From assembly GCA_044892525.1 (NCBI GenBank), contig CM097886.1, positions 158,162,001 to 158,226,000 of the forward strand: DNA of 64,000 bases. The letters are read 5' to 3'. A model generated the notes under the pieces. The model was not told the origin of the DNA. It did not search any database and saw nothing but the letters and a program-made list of their open reading frames with translations. The DNA is from Schmidtea polychroa. Its lineage: Eukaryota. Shown in pieces: positions 14,194 to 29,100 of the stretch (its first letter is position 1; each line of letters starts with the position of its first letter). A program made the translations under genes and the position numbers.

Positions 14194-17100
14194 CTAAGAT
14201 CTAGTCGAAATAGCTTGTCTCATAAACTGACTTATTTCCATCAAATGTATAAATTTGTTTCCCGCAGCTGCTGCAGCACTCGGCGGTCGACCAACGTAAC
14301 TAAAATAAAATAATTATAAACTTTTATATTCCAAAATATTAAAAAATCTCATGTTAGATCGTCACTTGACATTAAAATAAAATTTTTTAATACTTAAGTT
14401 ATAACACCATAATTCTTTCGCTGCGTTATTTGTGCGTGACATAGTATGAAATAAGTTCAGTATCTTCATATATTTACGTTTTCAGCATACAAACAACTAC
14501 TCGTATGTATATTTATGGAAATAGAAGCAAAATGTATGGATAGAAGCAAAAGGTTAAAGATACACACAAAAGTTACAAAGATACACAAGAGTTAAAGATT
14601 TACACACTAGTAGGTATAATATGTATATATCCATTATGATTTTTATAATTTGAGATAGTAAATGGATTATTTAAAAGCAAACAACTCTTGGGATAGCCAA
14701 AAAAGTCTTAGCTGAAAAATAAATTCAACCCATTTTAACATGTCACTGTTTCCATATAAAAATGCCTGTAACCCGTACGTCTGCTTTTTTAATAGATTAT
14801 CACACCTAACGTTTGCTTCTGTATTATTTTTTTCCTAGTATTTGACAATATGTTTGAAAAAAATATGCCAATTAACACCCAAGATAAATAAATTGTCTTG
14901 ATTTGCTACATTCACATTGTATGCGGTCCTATACTGTTTTAATCCAATTGCACTGGAGATTTAAAGTTTCAAACATTGTATAATATTTTTATTGAAAAGA
15001 ACAACAAAGATAGTTAGTTATAACCCTATAGTTATTACAAATTAATGTTACTCATTAAAAATTAGAAAAATATCTAATGAATAGAAAATTATTTAAAAAA
15101 ATGATCATTGTTTCTACGCTCCTTGAGATCCTGCGCCTTTGGTAGGAGCACCATTCGCTTATCTCGTACCGGCGCTGTCTGTGGTAAATAAATAATACCA
15201 AAATTGTAAAAATAAGTTCCTAAAAAGACAATATTATGAATTATTTCTTTCAACGAGCGTTTGAAAAATTATTGACAATGACTAAAAAGAAGGCGTAGTT
15301 GGAATAGTCTATATGATAAAATTCAATACTTCGCCAATCGAGTGGAAGAAGATATTTCTCCTCGGGATAAGTTGGGATAGACTAGGCGTTGTGTTTCTCC
15401 TTCAAAATATCAAAATCCATGATGAGAGTTAACAAATCTGTAAACAGGAATTAGGAAAAAGTAACATTCAAAACTTGGAAATTTATTTTTATGCTAATAA
15501 ATTTTTTTAATATTTTATTTAAAGTTGATAACAAAAACAAAATCATAAAAATTTACCTAATTTTCGGTTTCCTGTGATTAGGTAATTTAACCTTAATTAA
15601 ATTGTTGACTCGAGGTTCAACATAAAACCACGCACCCATATTTTTGTGCTCTTCTTGAACCCATTGAACTGCTGCTTCACTGTATTTGTTCAATTCTTCG
15701 AATAATAAATCATAAGGAAACGGAGATATTTGTTCGACTCGTAATATTGCTATTCTATCTTGGAGACTTCGACGTTCTCTTTCTTTAATAAGCTCATAAT
15801 AAACCTGTTTTACAAGCATATTATATTGGAAAATATGTTCTCAGCGATTCCTACCTTGCCTGAACACAAAATGACCTTTTCGACTTTTTCAGGATTTTCT
15901 GTAGCTATGCCAGTTTCAGAAATAAGCCTTTTAAATTTAGTATCTCCAATCATTTCATCAAATGACGATTTAGCTTCTGGGAGACGTAGAAGCGATTTAG
16001 GAGTCATTGCTATCAACTGTGTAGCATGAAAAGTATTGTTAAATTAAATTTTATGATTAGTTGTTACCGGTTTTCTAAATGATAACAAAACTTGACGCCG
16101 GAGAACATGGAACATATTAGCCGGAGTAGTACAGTTAACTACAAACCAATTGATATCATGCAATTGTTGAACTTCAAAATGTTCTCCAAACGGCTAAAAG
16201 TATAATTAATAATAAGTATCCTAAATGAAAAATCCCTAATGAAAAATTTAATTAGTTGTATTCGCACACTGCTAAATGTTTGTAGAAATCGCTATATTTT
16301 CACTTAATATAAACTTAATATAAAATCCATGACGGGAGTTAACAAATCTGTAAACAACAAATAAGAAAAAGTAACATTCAAATTTATGGAAATTATGGAA
16401 ATTTATTTTTGTGCTAATAAATTTTTTTAATATTTTATTTAAAGTTGATAACAAAAACAAAATCAAGAATGCAAATTTAAATCTTGACATTAATTCATTT
16501 ATTGACAACAAATATTTTTAATTGATTTTAATATAATGTATCAAATTTAAATCGTTATTTTAATTAATTTAATGTAATTCCTTAAACTATTCACCATTGA
16601 TCGATTTTCATTTATATTTCTATAGTTCAATCAAACAAACTTTTACATAAGGTTTATATAATTTTTTTAATTTATTGAGAATCTCCATTTTGCCAAGGAC
16701 CACTCGTAGCAGACCACCACATCTTTCTTATTTGGTACTAGGAAAACCTTCAAGTTCCGAAACATATTCATGTACTCCACTTGCTTGGACATCGAACTTA
16801 GGAAATGAAAGTAATTATATTTCCACAAATACTACATTTTTATAAGAAAAAAAATGTAAATTTAAATCTTCACATTAATAATTTTATTGACAACAAATAT
16901 TTTTAATTGATTTTAATATAATGTATCAAATTTAAATCGTTATTTTAATTAATTTAATATAATGCAATTAGTTTTAATTTTAAGTGTTTATTAATTCCTT
17001 AAACTATTCACCATTGATTGATTTTCATTTTCATTTCTTTTCAGACTACAAATCAATATCTTTTTAAAAATATTCTAAATGCAGTTATTTTGATAAAAAT

Positions 17101-20100
17101 TGTTAAGTATACACAAATATAGAATATTTATATAATTTCAAAAATGTGCATTTTATGTCAATATCTAGCTAATGATTTTAAGGCATTAAATTATTTTGTA
17201 CACTTTTTTATTAAATCAAATAAATTGATGAGAAAACTAATATGATTTTTGTATTTCAAAATAATTTTCATACCGGTATATAATCTTGATCATCATTTGA
17301 CATTTGGAGAAATCGTTCTAAGCGTGCACTAGAGTGCTCTGGACCCATTCCTTCATATCCATGAGGCAAAAGCATAACTAATCCAGATTGCCTAACCCAT
17401 TTTGATTGTCCAGAAGCTATGAATTGATCGATAATACATTGAGCAGTATTGTTAAAATCGCCGAATTGAGCTTCCCAAATAACAAGTGAGTTAGGATCAG
17501 TTTGAGAAAACCCCAATTCAAATCCAAGAGCAGCATATTCACTCAGAGATGAGTTACTGACAGAAAACTCTGCTTGGCCAGCATAAAGGTTATTCAAAGG
17601 AACATGAACTACAAGATCTTTTTCCTACAGTTAAAATGCGATGACAATTTATCTAATTAAAAGATAAAAATAAATATATCAATCTAAAAATTGAAATATG
17701 ATTTTCATAGCGTGCTTTTTCATACAAATTTCAAAAATAAAAGGACATTTTTGAGCATATTAATGTATAGTTTTTATTTGTTTATTTGTTCTCTTTACTA
17801 ATTAATGATAGGACTCAAATGATCTTCTAACTCTTCGTGTTTTTATGTTCAAAAACTAAAGCCCAACAATATTGAAAAACAATATTCACAATTCCAATTT
17901 TACAATAATCATAAATTTATCAGGCCTGTCCTTTGATAACCTCTTTAGATGCTCGCTTCGAAACTATGAATAAATTATTGCCATAACTGTTTGTCAAACC
18001 AATATTTTTCTCTTCATACGATAATAAGGACTAAGAACGTACTGTTCATGACAGTACGCTGATTAATATGTGCTGTAGTTAAATTGTACAGTGTTTGAAA
18101 TGATTTTCAAGAGCGATTCTAGAGTAAAAAAAAATTTGTTAAAGAATAGATAGGCAAAATTCGCTGCTGACAACGGATTAATCGATTTATAGTTTATGGG
18201 GAAAATTGTTCGACATTCATCGTAGCCTCAGGAACGGATTAATGATGAATATTGGAGTTCAACTGTATATATTTGTCATTTTTATAAATTATTAAAGTAT
18301 TATTAATCCATCCTATCCACTGGTAGATTATTTTCTTTTTTCATTTGTTTTTTAATTTTTTATATATAAATTAATAAATCACTAATCATTAAGTAAATGA
18401 TCAATAAATCTCTTTTCATTTTCAATATTGTATCAATTTCTGATTATAAATCAATATTTTAATATTTTTGTCATTTTTATCAATTAATATAATATTATTA
18501 ATCCATCCTATCCATTGGTAGATTATTTTCTTTTTTCATTTTTTTCAATTTTTATTATTTTATCAATTAATAAATCATTAATCATTAAGTAAATTATCAA
18601 TCAATCTCTTTTCAATTTCAATATTGTATCAATTTCTGATTATAAATCAATATTTTAATATTTTTGTCATTTTTATCAATTAATAAAGTATTATTAATCA
18701 TTAAATAACGACATACAAGTAAAATCTTTTACCATCCTTTTCATTGGCCAATTATTTTCATTTATTTTTTAGACCAATCAATATTTTTATTTTTTTTATT
18801 ATTTTATCAATTAATAAATCATTAAAAATAAGTAAGATCTCTTACCCTCCTTTCCATTGGTCGATTATTTGCATTTCCAAATTTTTATCCATTTCAATTT
18901 ATAAATCAATATTTTGACTTATTAAACACAAATATTAATCAATAGTACGAAATGAAAAGAAAAGAAATTGTAACATATTTTATCGATTAATCATAAAATA
19001 CCTACTTGGTCATGCAGTACGGTATGTCTATGGGAAAAGGTACCCCGTTCTACATCTTGTCCACTAAGCCGAACATGAATTCCATGTTTCAAAAGACTAC
19101 CAAAAGCAAATGCTTCACCCAACGCCCAATTAGCCATTCTTTCTGATATAAATTGTTCTCGTTCTTTAAGACTTCGTTTCAATCCAGAATGGATATTGAA
19201 ATTCTCAGGAACCGAAGAAACAACTTTGCCTAAAAATATTTCAAGTAAACAAAACAAATAGCTCTAATCAATAGACCAATGTGCTGTAAAATTGATTCAT
19301 CTACTCCCGTTACCGGAATCTTCATGGGATCCTTATTATCAAAAAACCCATCCCATGGAGAATCAAGCCATTCTCTATTTCGAATGGCAGTTTCTTTCTT
19401 TGCAAGCATGTAAGCTTCCTCGCATATTTTGTCATATTTCTCAATCTCTTCCTTTAATAATTAATGAATATAGAAATATAGAAAATCCTATGAAGTAAAA
19501 ACTTGATATTGCTGCGAGGATACCACTTTTTCTGAAATTAACTTTTCACGATATTGATTTAAAACTGTTGGTTGACTGTGAATTTTTTTATACATCAATG
19601 GTTGAGTAAACATTGGCTCATCCATTTCGTTATGTCCAAATCTCCTATAGCACACAAGATCAATGACAACGTCTTTGTTAAACTCATAGCGCCATTCAGC
19701 AGCAACCTAACCCGAAATAGGATCATATACCACACGAATTAAATCTATGAACCTTTGAAACATAAACTACAGCCTCAGGGTCATCTGCATTAACGTGGAA
19801 AATGGGTGCATTTGTTACTCGAGCCACATCTGTACAGTATGGAGAAGATCGAGCAACACGGGGATCAGTTGTAAATCCAATCTTATTACATCACTATTTC
19901 ACATAAATATATTTTTAGAAAATACTTGATTATTGACAACAATATGTATTGTTCCTCTTGTTGAATAAGATGGCAAATCACTTAAATGAAAAGTTTCAAA
20001 AACTACACCCTGTCCGCAGAAAGCTGCATCCCCATGTAACATGATACTCATGACTTTCTTTCCTTTTTTATCTTTACTAGAAATTTAAAAAGTAAAAAGT

Positions 20101-23100
20101 CACTAAAGAAGATTGATTCAAAAGAATATTTATTACTATATAAATAAAAACAAAGGATAAAAATCTAGCTTTATTTTATAATCAATGTCGTTGATATACT
20201 CTGTCTCTCAGTTTAAAACCAAACATTTTCAATAATATTGAAAAATATAGTAACGGTAAATATTTTGTAATAATGTATGTTTGACATGGCTCATAAACTG
20301 AAATCAACTAACAATCAGTGAGTAAAAGATAAGGTTTTATATCAAATTTATAAAAGCCTATTGAGGTTTCTAAACGTGGTACCAAATTGTATCATATGAA
20401 ACACTAAAATTCACTCAATAATTGTTAGTCGCAACAACATCAAATTCGTTTTCAAATTCCATAAAATCAATAAAATTACCAAATAAAATTACTTCAATAA
20501 AATTTATTTTATTCAAAAAAACTGCACTTATCGTAATATTCAAAGAAAAATATCTTCGAGGCTTTTTATTTTAATATTTTAAACTTTAATTTATTAATTT
20601 AAATATTTATATAAAAATTTATACAATCTGATAAATACAATTTAAATGTTTATTAGCAATGTTCCGTTTTAACTTAAACACGAATTCTACCCTTTCAATA
20701 ATCATTACTAAAATGTCGATAAAACACAGCTAACGGGCATATGATTGGTTTACATTTACTGTCAAAGCTTTCTAATAAGTTAATTAGTCACAATGAAGGT
20801 ATATGAAGATTTAAAACGACTCCTTATTCGAACAATTTCAATACAATTTCAATTGAAAAGAAATCAGTGGCGAAAATTGAAAAATTGGAACCGGTACAAT
20901 TTCCAAATTTTTATTGATTTGTAAAATGAAAAATCCGTACGCACTTGCTAGAACTTATTAGGAACCAGTACGACCGTACTGACTGAAGCCTATTGTAGTG
21001 AGTCGTTACACGGCCTTAACACAATCTATATAAATATTATATTATATATAAATGGGCGATCATTAACGAATAAGGATCAATCAGAACACAAATATGGCCA
21101 ATCAAATATCACCTATAATTGCACATTAGCTGGAACATCGCAGTCTACTCTATCTCATTCCAAGAGTCAATCAAAATTCATGCAATCAGCTAATACTTCT
21201 GCTTATCAATCAGGCTCTATTAATCAATCTCAGGCGAGTAAAGCAAATTCGATGCCATGTTATTATTATCAAGATTAACTGTATTCGGCTCCTAATAGTT
21301 TTAGTGTTGGCTCTCATAGACCAACATCTTCATCCATCATAATTCGCGAATATGTAATAAATCCTAACAATAATATGAACCCGAATAGATTTGTTATCCA
21401 ACCACTACACAAATCAATTATGGATCCAAGAAATAACGAACAAATAATTTGATTGGGATATCTGAATAAATTGGAAGCTTGATAATTAATTGTTACTTTT
21501 TATGATCAGTAGTGAACTATTAAATACACTTTTTGTGGATCAAGGAATATCGTATTTTTTTTAGTTATAATGCTTTATAAATAAATCATTTTTATTTATT
21601 GATGTTAAATAAAAGTATGTTTTACTTTTTCCGGTAAATTAGAGAATTTTGAAAACTGGTGAATTTTAAGAAGCTTTGTAATTTAAAAATAATTGGAAAT
21701 TAAATGTTTTCTCGTTTATTTTGTAGTTCTATTAATATTTGTGACTTCATGACTTCATCATCTAATTCTTTAAAAGCAAGGAAACCAGATTTGCTTAATA
21801 AATTTGGAAAATTTGAGTGTGATATTAACTATGCATTTATTATTCCCAATGAAGATATTGTAATTGTTCTTGCGGTAGTGTTAGGATCTATATTAAAAGA
21901 GAGGCTGGTGGCTATTGGCCTGCCGCATACCATTATTTACCAAGTCCTGGTACATGCTTGCAATATTGCAATGTCAGTAAACATATTTTCATCGGGTGCG
22001 ATAACGGAACTATCATGGAGTTTAAATTAAAAGATGATTTTAATGCTATAGTACATAGACGTGACTACTTGCCTCATGTAGCCAGAGTTACGGAGCTGAT
22101 TATATCACAAAAATCTAATTGGTTGCTTTCATGTAGTAAAGACAAATTATTTACTATATATTCACTCGAATCATTTGGTATAGCGTTCTTATGAATGATT
22201 NNNNNNNNNNNNNNNNNNNNNNNNNNNNNNNNNNNNNNNNNNNNNNNNNNNNNNNNNNNNNNNNNNNNNNNNNNNNNNNNNNNNNNNNNNNNNNNNNNNN
22301 NNNNNNNNNNNNNNNNNNNNNNNNNNNNNNNNNNNNNNNNNNNNNNNNNNNNNNNNNNNNNNNATACCCAGTGTAAATCCCTAATAGTAGATTAGTTTGA
22401 AGCTTTTGCCTCTCATCAGAACTATGCAGATTTCTCTTCGCGCCAGGTAAGTATACAATATTGCTGATTCAACTCTATTGCGTGCTTTCCCTGGTACACT
22501 GGAAATCACATCACTTGCAAATATATATTGGTCACAGAAAATATATCTGCAAACTTGTAAACATTGTGTATGAAAAATCATATTCGCCACTGGAGACACC
22601 GTCTATACACAGAAACTGTTTACAAGTGCATCCGTAAACCTTTAGCTTGTAATGGAGTAAAGATTTTGTTTACGGATGTCTACCGTTAAATTAATATAAT
22701 CATTACAAGCTAATTTGCAAGTGATGTGATATATCGCCAAAAAACGAAATTACTTTTTACTCAACTCATGTATTGTTTTTCATATCTTTAAGTTATTTAA
22801 TTTACTATGAATTTAATTACAATATAATATTGTAATAAGTATTTAATCTTATGTATTAGTGCTATATAAGTCTAAAAATACTTATCTAAAAAGAGAAATA
22901 TCGATTATTGTGTGAATGTAGGTGAATATGCAAGTATTTACACGCGTCGTTATTTTTTCAGGTTAATTAATTTAGGTTAAGAATAAATATAAATAGAATT
23001 TATACTAACTTCGTAATTTAAATCGTTTTTAATATAAAAATAATTCATCAACCAATTAATCGATGAAAAAATCTAAAAAGCACCCTTTTGTTCATTAAAA

Positions 23101-26100
23101 ATTAATATAAAATAAATAAGGTTAAAAATAACAATTAACGTTATTTTTTTTATTTATTATCAATTATCCTTTTAATAAATACAATGTCAATTGAAAAGAA
23201 ATCAGTGGTGAAAATTGACTTTGTATTTATTAAAAATCAGTAAATATATCGATGTTTTTTTGATATATAAAATTCTTGATGATCAATATCACTTGAAAAA
23301 AGGCAGTGCCAAAAATTCGTGAATATCAAAAATACATCGATATATAAAAATATTTAGAGGTCCCTTAAGAATATCGATTTTCTTGTGACAGAAAAAGAAA
23401 AATTGAGACCCAAAAGAAAATAAATAAAAACCAACTTATAATATTGCTCAGCATAGGTTTTTCCTTGCAAAACTGGATCAACGGCTTCTAAATGACTGGG
23501 ATTAGCACACACTGCTACTTTGATCATTTTATTATTTATTCTGTTGATTCTTTTATGAGACATTCCTAAATGATATTTCACATCACCACTGCCTTCATCA
23601 CTCGGCTCCAATTTTGAATCAAATTGACAAAACAATTGTTCTAATGGCTTACGGCAAACATTTGCTAAAACATTTAATCGTCCCCTAATTAATTCAAAGT
23701 TTCTGTTGGGTTTTTTGTCTGATTAAACTATTACCTGTGAGGCATTCCAATGTTAAAGCTTTCGACACCCAAATCACTCGACGCATCTATCACAGTTTTC
23801 ATTGACGGAATTAAGACTTCACAACCCTCAAGTCCAAATCTTTTTTCCGCACTCCATTTTTTTGCAAGAAATTCTTCAAATCGAGTAGATCGAATTAATC
23901 GAGCCATTATCAATCGTTTTTCTTCACCACTAAATTTCATGATACCAGGAGTTTCAAACTTCCTTCGTATCCAATCGCATTTGTTTAGATCATTAATGAA
24001 CATATATTCCACTCCAATATGACGACAGTACGCATTCTAAATTTTGAAAATTATTTAATTACAACCCAATCAAAGACTTAAATTTTATCTGTATTTCTAA
24101 ATTCCATGTTTAGCTAACTATTATATGATTTATGGGCTAGAAATAGTATAGAAATGAATATTATGAAAATTGTGTCTATAAGCTAAACTAAGACTTAAGT
24201 AAATAAAGTAATGTATTTCAGTTCTAGAATTTCTTTTCTATTATTTGCATATAGGAATAATGTTAATAGGTTTAAAAACTAAAAACTTGTATTAATATAT
24301 TAAAGAAGAGTTAAATTATTAAATAATGTTTCTAACCTTTTTCGTTGCAAAGTAGTTAATTGCATCATCAAAATTTACAGAATTTGTTATCTCACTTTTG
24401 ATAAACAGCATAGACAGATGTATAAAACGGTTTTCTGCATATGGAAGGTAATTCTTAATTAATTTTAACCGTGAAAAATTATGCTAGACTGAACCTAAGG
24501 CGTATTTGTAAATTGTAACGTAAGACCTAATAAAGCACAAAGTCAGGTTCTGCGGAACCCACCTCACGCCCCCATACATGAGTAGACAACCACACCATTA
24601 CCTTATTTGATTTTTATTTTTCTAATTCATTTAGTTGCTAAAAATAATCAAATTCTATTTGGTAAAATAACTTACATTCGCCTAAATTATAAAGATTATT
24701 TCTCACAAGATTGGTTATGTTTAACGCATTCCCGGACAAGACGGTAGTACAGTCATTTAATAAATCATCTATTATGACAAGACGAGAACGCCCGACAGCC
24801 AATGCTTTACCATCTATATAACAATTTTATGTGTGTCCATATAGAAAGATGTCTTTAAAAAAACTGATAAAAGGATATATAAAGATTCAAAATAATTTTT
24901 CATACAATGTAGTCTTTATTTTATACTTTTATCTTTCATATTCAATCTATAGATAAAAGTATGTCCGGGAATGCGTAAATAATATAATTATCACTTATCA
25001 TTTTATTTATATTACTGAATCAGACTTTTTAGTAATTTGTAATTTTAAACTTTGTAATTTTATCCATTTCTTTAAATGTTATGAGTCAATTGTTAAAAAA
25101 ATACAATTGATTTTTGGTTCTACCATTTTCTTTCAACATTTCATCTTTAAAAGAATTATCAGTCTGTTATCTTAGAAATAAATTTAAGTCTCAAATTATT
25201 TTTTTTTCATTTACGACAATAGATAATAAATTTCTTTGGTCTTTCGTAAATGTGTCAAAATGTCACTACTCAAATAATATTTTGAAAATTGAATATATGA
25301 AGCTATTTTTAGAATTTTGTTTCCGGGAAAATAAAACAATCAAAAATAAATAGACGTTTTGTTTTCATATATAAACATTATAAATGTTTTCTGTAAATAC
25401 TGTCTAATATTTTTCTCGGATTTTTGAGAAAAGTTTGTTTAGGAAATATCTAATTTAGAAATAATAATTATAATAACAAAATAATTGAGAATGGAATAAA
25501 TGAATCAGGTATTTTATTAATTATCACTTTATTTATGTTATATGCGCAATTGAAACAATACTAAATTAGAATGAACCAGTGACAGTTATTATGAACTTCG
25601 ACATTACATAAAATTAAATAATTTTAGATATCAATGCAGTATATAGTAACAAATTTACTTGATTAAAATCCAAAATACATTTTAATTAAAATAGAATTAC
25701 AATAGAGCTATTGAATATGATAAAGAAGCATTTAAAAGTGATATAGATTATATTTGATACAGTCAAATTCCACCACATCCCTTTGAGTGCCACGGACCTT
25801 TGTAAACATAGACAAAGAGCGATTGCATACACTTAAAGCATTTTGGTTAGTTAACCCTCTCAACAAACTAAAAAATTATAGAATTACTATATCCCGGCCG
25901 GTATCACATATCAAACGAACTGCTTCATAAAACTATTTGAAAAAAAAATAAAACTAAATAATATTATTTTAAAGATGAAACTTTTACTATTGATCGCTGT
26001 TTACATAATTTTACATAATTTTGCTTACAAAACAAATTGGCCTATGATATTTCTAAAACGCACAGAATATTTTTCTTTATAATTTTTTAGAACAGCAGTA

Positions 26101-29100
26101 AACATTTCACTAATTATTTGTTTTTACTTTTCTTGTTCTTCAACTTTGTCAAGTAATGTCGTTAATACAAACCATCAGATCATGAGATTTCCATGTTCTA
26201 TGTTTTAGTTGTCAGTGAGGTGTAATTAAACAAAAAACTGGATAATAAGTAATCGTAAAATTCTTAGGATCCAAATGACTTTAGTGCACTGCTTTTCACT
26301 TACAAACAACTGGTTTAGCAGAAAGGTTCCATAAAACATTAAAAACTCGCTTTGTACACTGGCAGTAAATAATGATTGGTACATTGCAATTTCATTCCTA
26401 TTTCTGAGACGGAGAAACATACCCAATACATCTATTTTATCCATACGCCGTACCAAACGATGAACATCTAAGAACAAAAAGAAACTACTTTAATAACACA
26501 CTACTACCCCTCTTTATGGCTAAGATACGTTTCAGAAAAATTAGCCGCAAAGCAAAATGCCGTATATCAAATCATTTATTTTAATACAAACTCACTAAAT
26601 TAATAAAGTTACAAGAAATTACAATGAAAATAATGAATTTAATATATCAATACCAACATAGTTTTCTAGTTATTAAGTTGAAATATAAACCAAAGCCAAA
26701 AAAGAAACCAAATATGTATTTGCGATAAATTTTGATTCTTTTTCAAATATGTCAATGCATAGTTGATCTAAAGTTATTCCTATTTTAATTTTTTTCCATA
26801 TTAGCGAAAAGCCGTATAGAGAGCGGCCATGTAGCGAGGTACTAGTGCAATGGTGGGTAAACCTTTACAAGCCATGAAAAATAGGAATTTTTTTACCGCG
26901 AAACAGCAATGTATTTTATATAACCTCCATCATATTTGGGCTTTTTTTTGCTGTCGCTGAACCGTCTTATATGCTTTATTTTAGAAATCTCTTCATTATT
27001 AGATTAAAAAAAAATCTATTGAATTGAAATAAAAATCTGAGAATAAGCTGCTTACGGATATATATTAATTAGTTTATTAAGAATCAAAAAAATCCAGTGA
27101 GAATAATGATTTTTAGAATTCAATAATTGTTTTTAAATTTACACTTACCGTTTAGGAATTTTTATCACAAGCATTTTGGCAATTTTAAAATTTTTGCGCG
27201 ACACACCATTTGCCCACCACTGTATTAGTGAATTACCGTATTAGCCCGAATATAACGCGACATTTTTTAACATTTTATTTTTTTTTAAATAATACTATCT
27301 CGCGCTAAATTCGGGGTTTTAAAGTAATGTAATTTAAATAACGACATTCTCCTACGGAGATCAAAATGCGAATAAACTTCCGAACAACTCCTAGCTTGAC
27401 CAAACACGTCAAAATTCGGGATCGCGTTATATTCGGGCTAATACGGTAGTAATACACTAACAATGTTTCATATAAATATTCTATCCGATCGTTAACAGTG
27501 CCAAAATTTGTTTGGCTGCTAAGGCAATTCCTTACGTAATTACGTTGTACTGGTCCATCCAATTCCCCCATAAAAGAACACAATAACCATCGTCGTATAC
27601 AACCATTTTAAGACCGCTAATCTCTGTAAAATAAAACCTTATCATATCGATGAGATATGAATCACTGGCTAAAATGTCGGGAGGTATATACCATATTTTA
27701 TGTCATATGGGCTGATTTCACATTGGAATTATATAGTGTTAAATAAATGCAATGGAATAATAAATTATTAATAATAATTTCAAATTTGCAGTTGTCAATT
27801 AAAATAAAATATATTCTCCTTATTATCTCAGAGTGCAATATCAATATTTTATAATTAAAATTTATCAATACGATAGAACAAAAAAATTAAATTTACTTCT
27901 AGTCGATGAATGATTTCTCGCAGGGTCAATTCTTGCGCCCCTCCTCCAATATGTGTTGTAGTTGGTAATCGAAACACTTTGTCTAGATGAGGTTCACCTA
28001 GAATCAAAATGAATATGAAATTGATTCTTTTTTAACAATAGTAATTACTATTGTGCTGATAAGGTTCACATTATGAAAAATAAGATTGGTTAGAGAAAGA
28101 TCATTCAAAATATAAAATTGCAGACAGATAACGGAGTAATTATATTTTTTGGGTTCTAAAATCACAAAGTCACTGGACCTAATTCCAGATGAGATAGAAT
28201 TTTTAAAATGGAATCGATGATCGTCAAATAACCTTGAAACTAGCTTGTCATTATGAATAACATTATAAATTTTACTTTAAACAGTAAATCATTCGAAAAT
28301 CAGAATTTTAAAATCTAATCCGGTGTTATTATTTTTAGAATTGCAATGAATTTGCCTTTATTCTTGTAAAATATATAAAATTTGTTTAGAAAAACTTTAT
28401 AGTGTTAATCCTCTATGATATGTATATATGTTCCTATTCAAGAATAAGTGGACACTTTATTTGTAAAATACCACTTCAAATTTAATTACTTTCTGTTAAA
28501 TGATTTATAATAGTATTTTGAACTAATGTTATTTTATAACAATAAGTTACATTAGAAATTATATAATCGAAATCGGATAAAGATTTATTCAAATTTGAAA
28601 ATAATGATTGTACATTGAATAAAGATAAATAACTTCGAATGATTTCCAATGAATGATTTTCTTATCTACGGGACAATAATGAATTTTTGTTTCTAGATTT
28701 TGTTTATATAGAATTACAACGCGTTGACCAATAATGATAATCAAATAGTTTAAATCCACGTAACTTTAGAATGTTATCTAAAACTAGACAATTCACACAA
28801 GATTTATGTAAAGTATGTCTTAGGTTATAAGAACAAAAATTCATGATATTATTTAATAAGAAAAGATAACCGTATATTAAATAAGAGGTAACCCATATAT
28901 CAATACACACAAAATAAATAATTTTCACAACACTCCCCTGTTGCAATATATACCTTTTTTAATTCTGACTGTTCACCTACAACGCCCAACATGAATGCAT
29001 GCTCATAACTAAAAATTGAAAACTTCACTCAGGACTTTATTTAAATGCGTGATTAAACTGTATACGAGTTCATCATTAAATTTCTAAAGAATTGTAGATA

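Noticed and set aside
15110-15179. Candidate OGDH last exon after CCACAG at 15180
   Set aside because: No OGDH similarity. It begins CAGCGCCGG like a hAT-type TIR, and its flank (about 14990-15110) is shared with about 57320-57475, so it is a repeat end. The true last exon is 14299-14194.
18039-18059. Perfect 8-bp hairpin CGTACTGT-TCATG-ACAGTACG as a Helitron 3' end
   Set aside because: No CTRR terminus at the expected distance on either strand; isolated short hairpins are expected by chance.
21052-21452. Alternative genetic code (TAA as Gln) suggested by in-frame TAA in a Q-rich frame
   Set aside because: The three real genes have no in-frame TAA/TAG and end in TAG or TAA. Simple pseudogenisation explains it.
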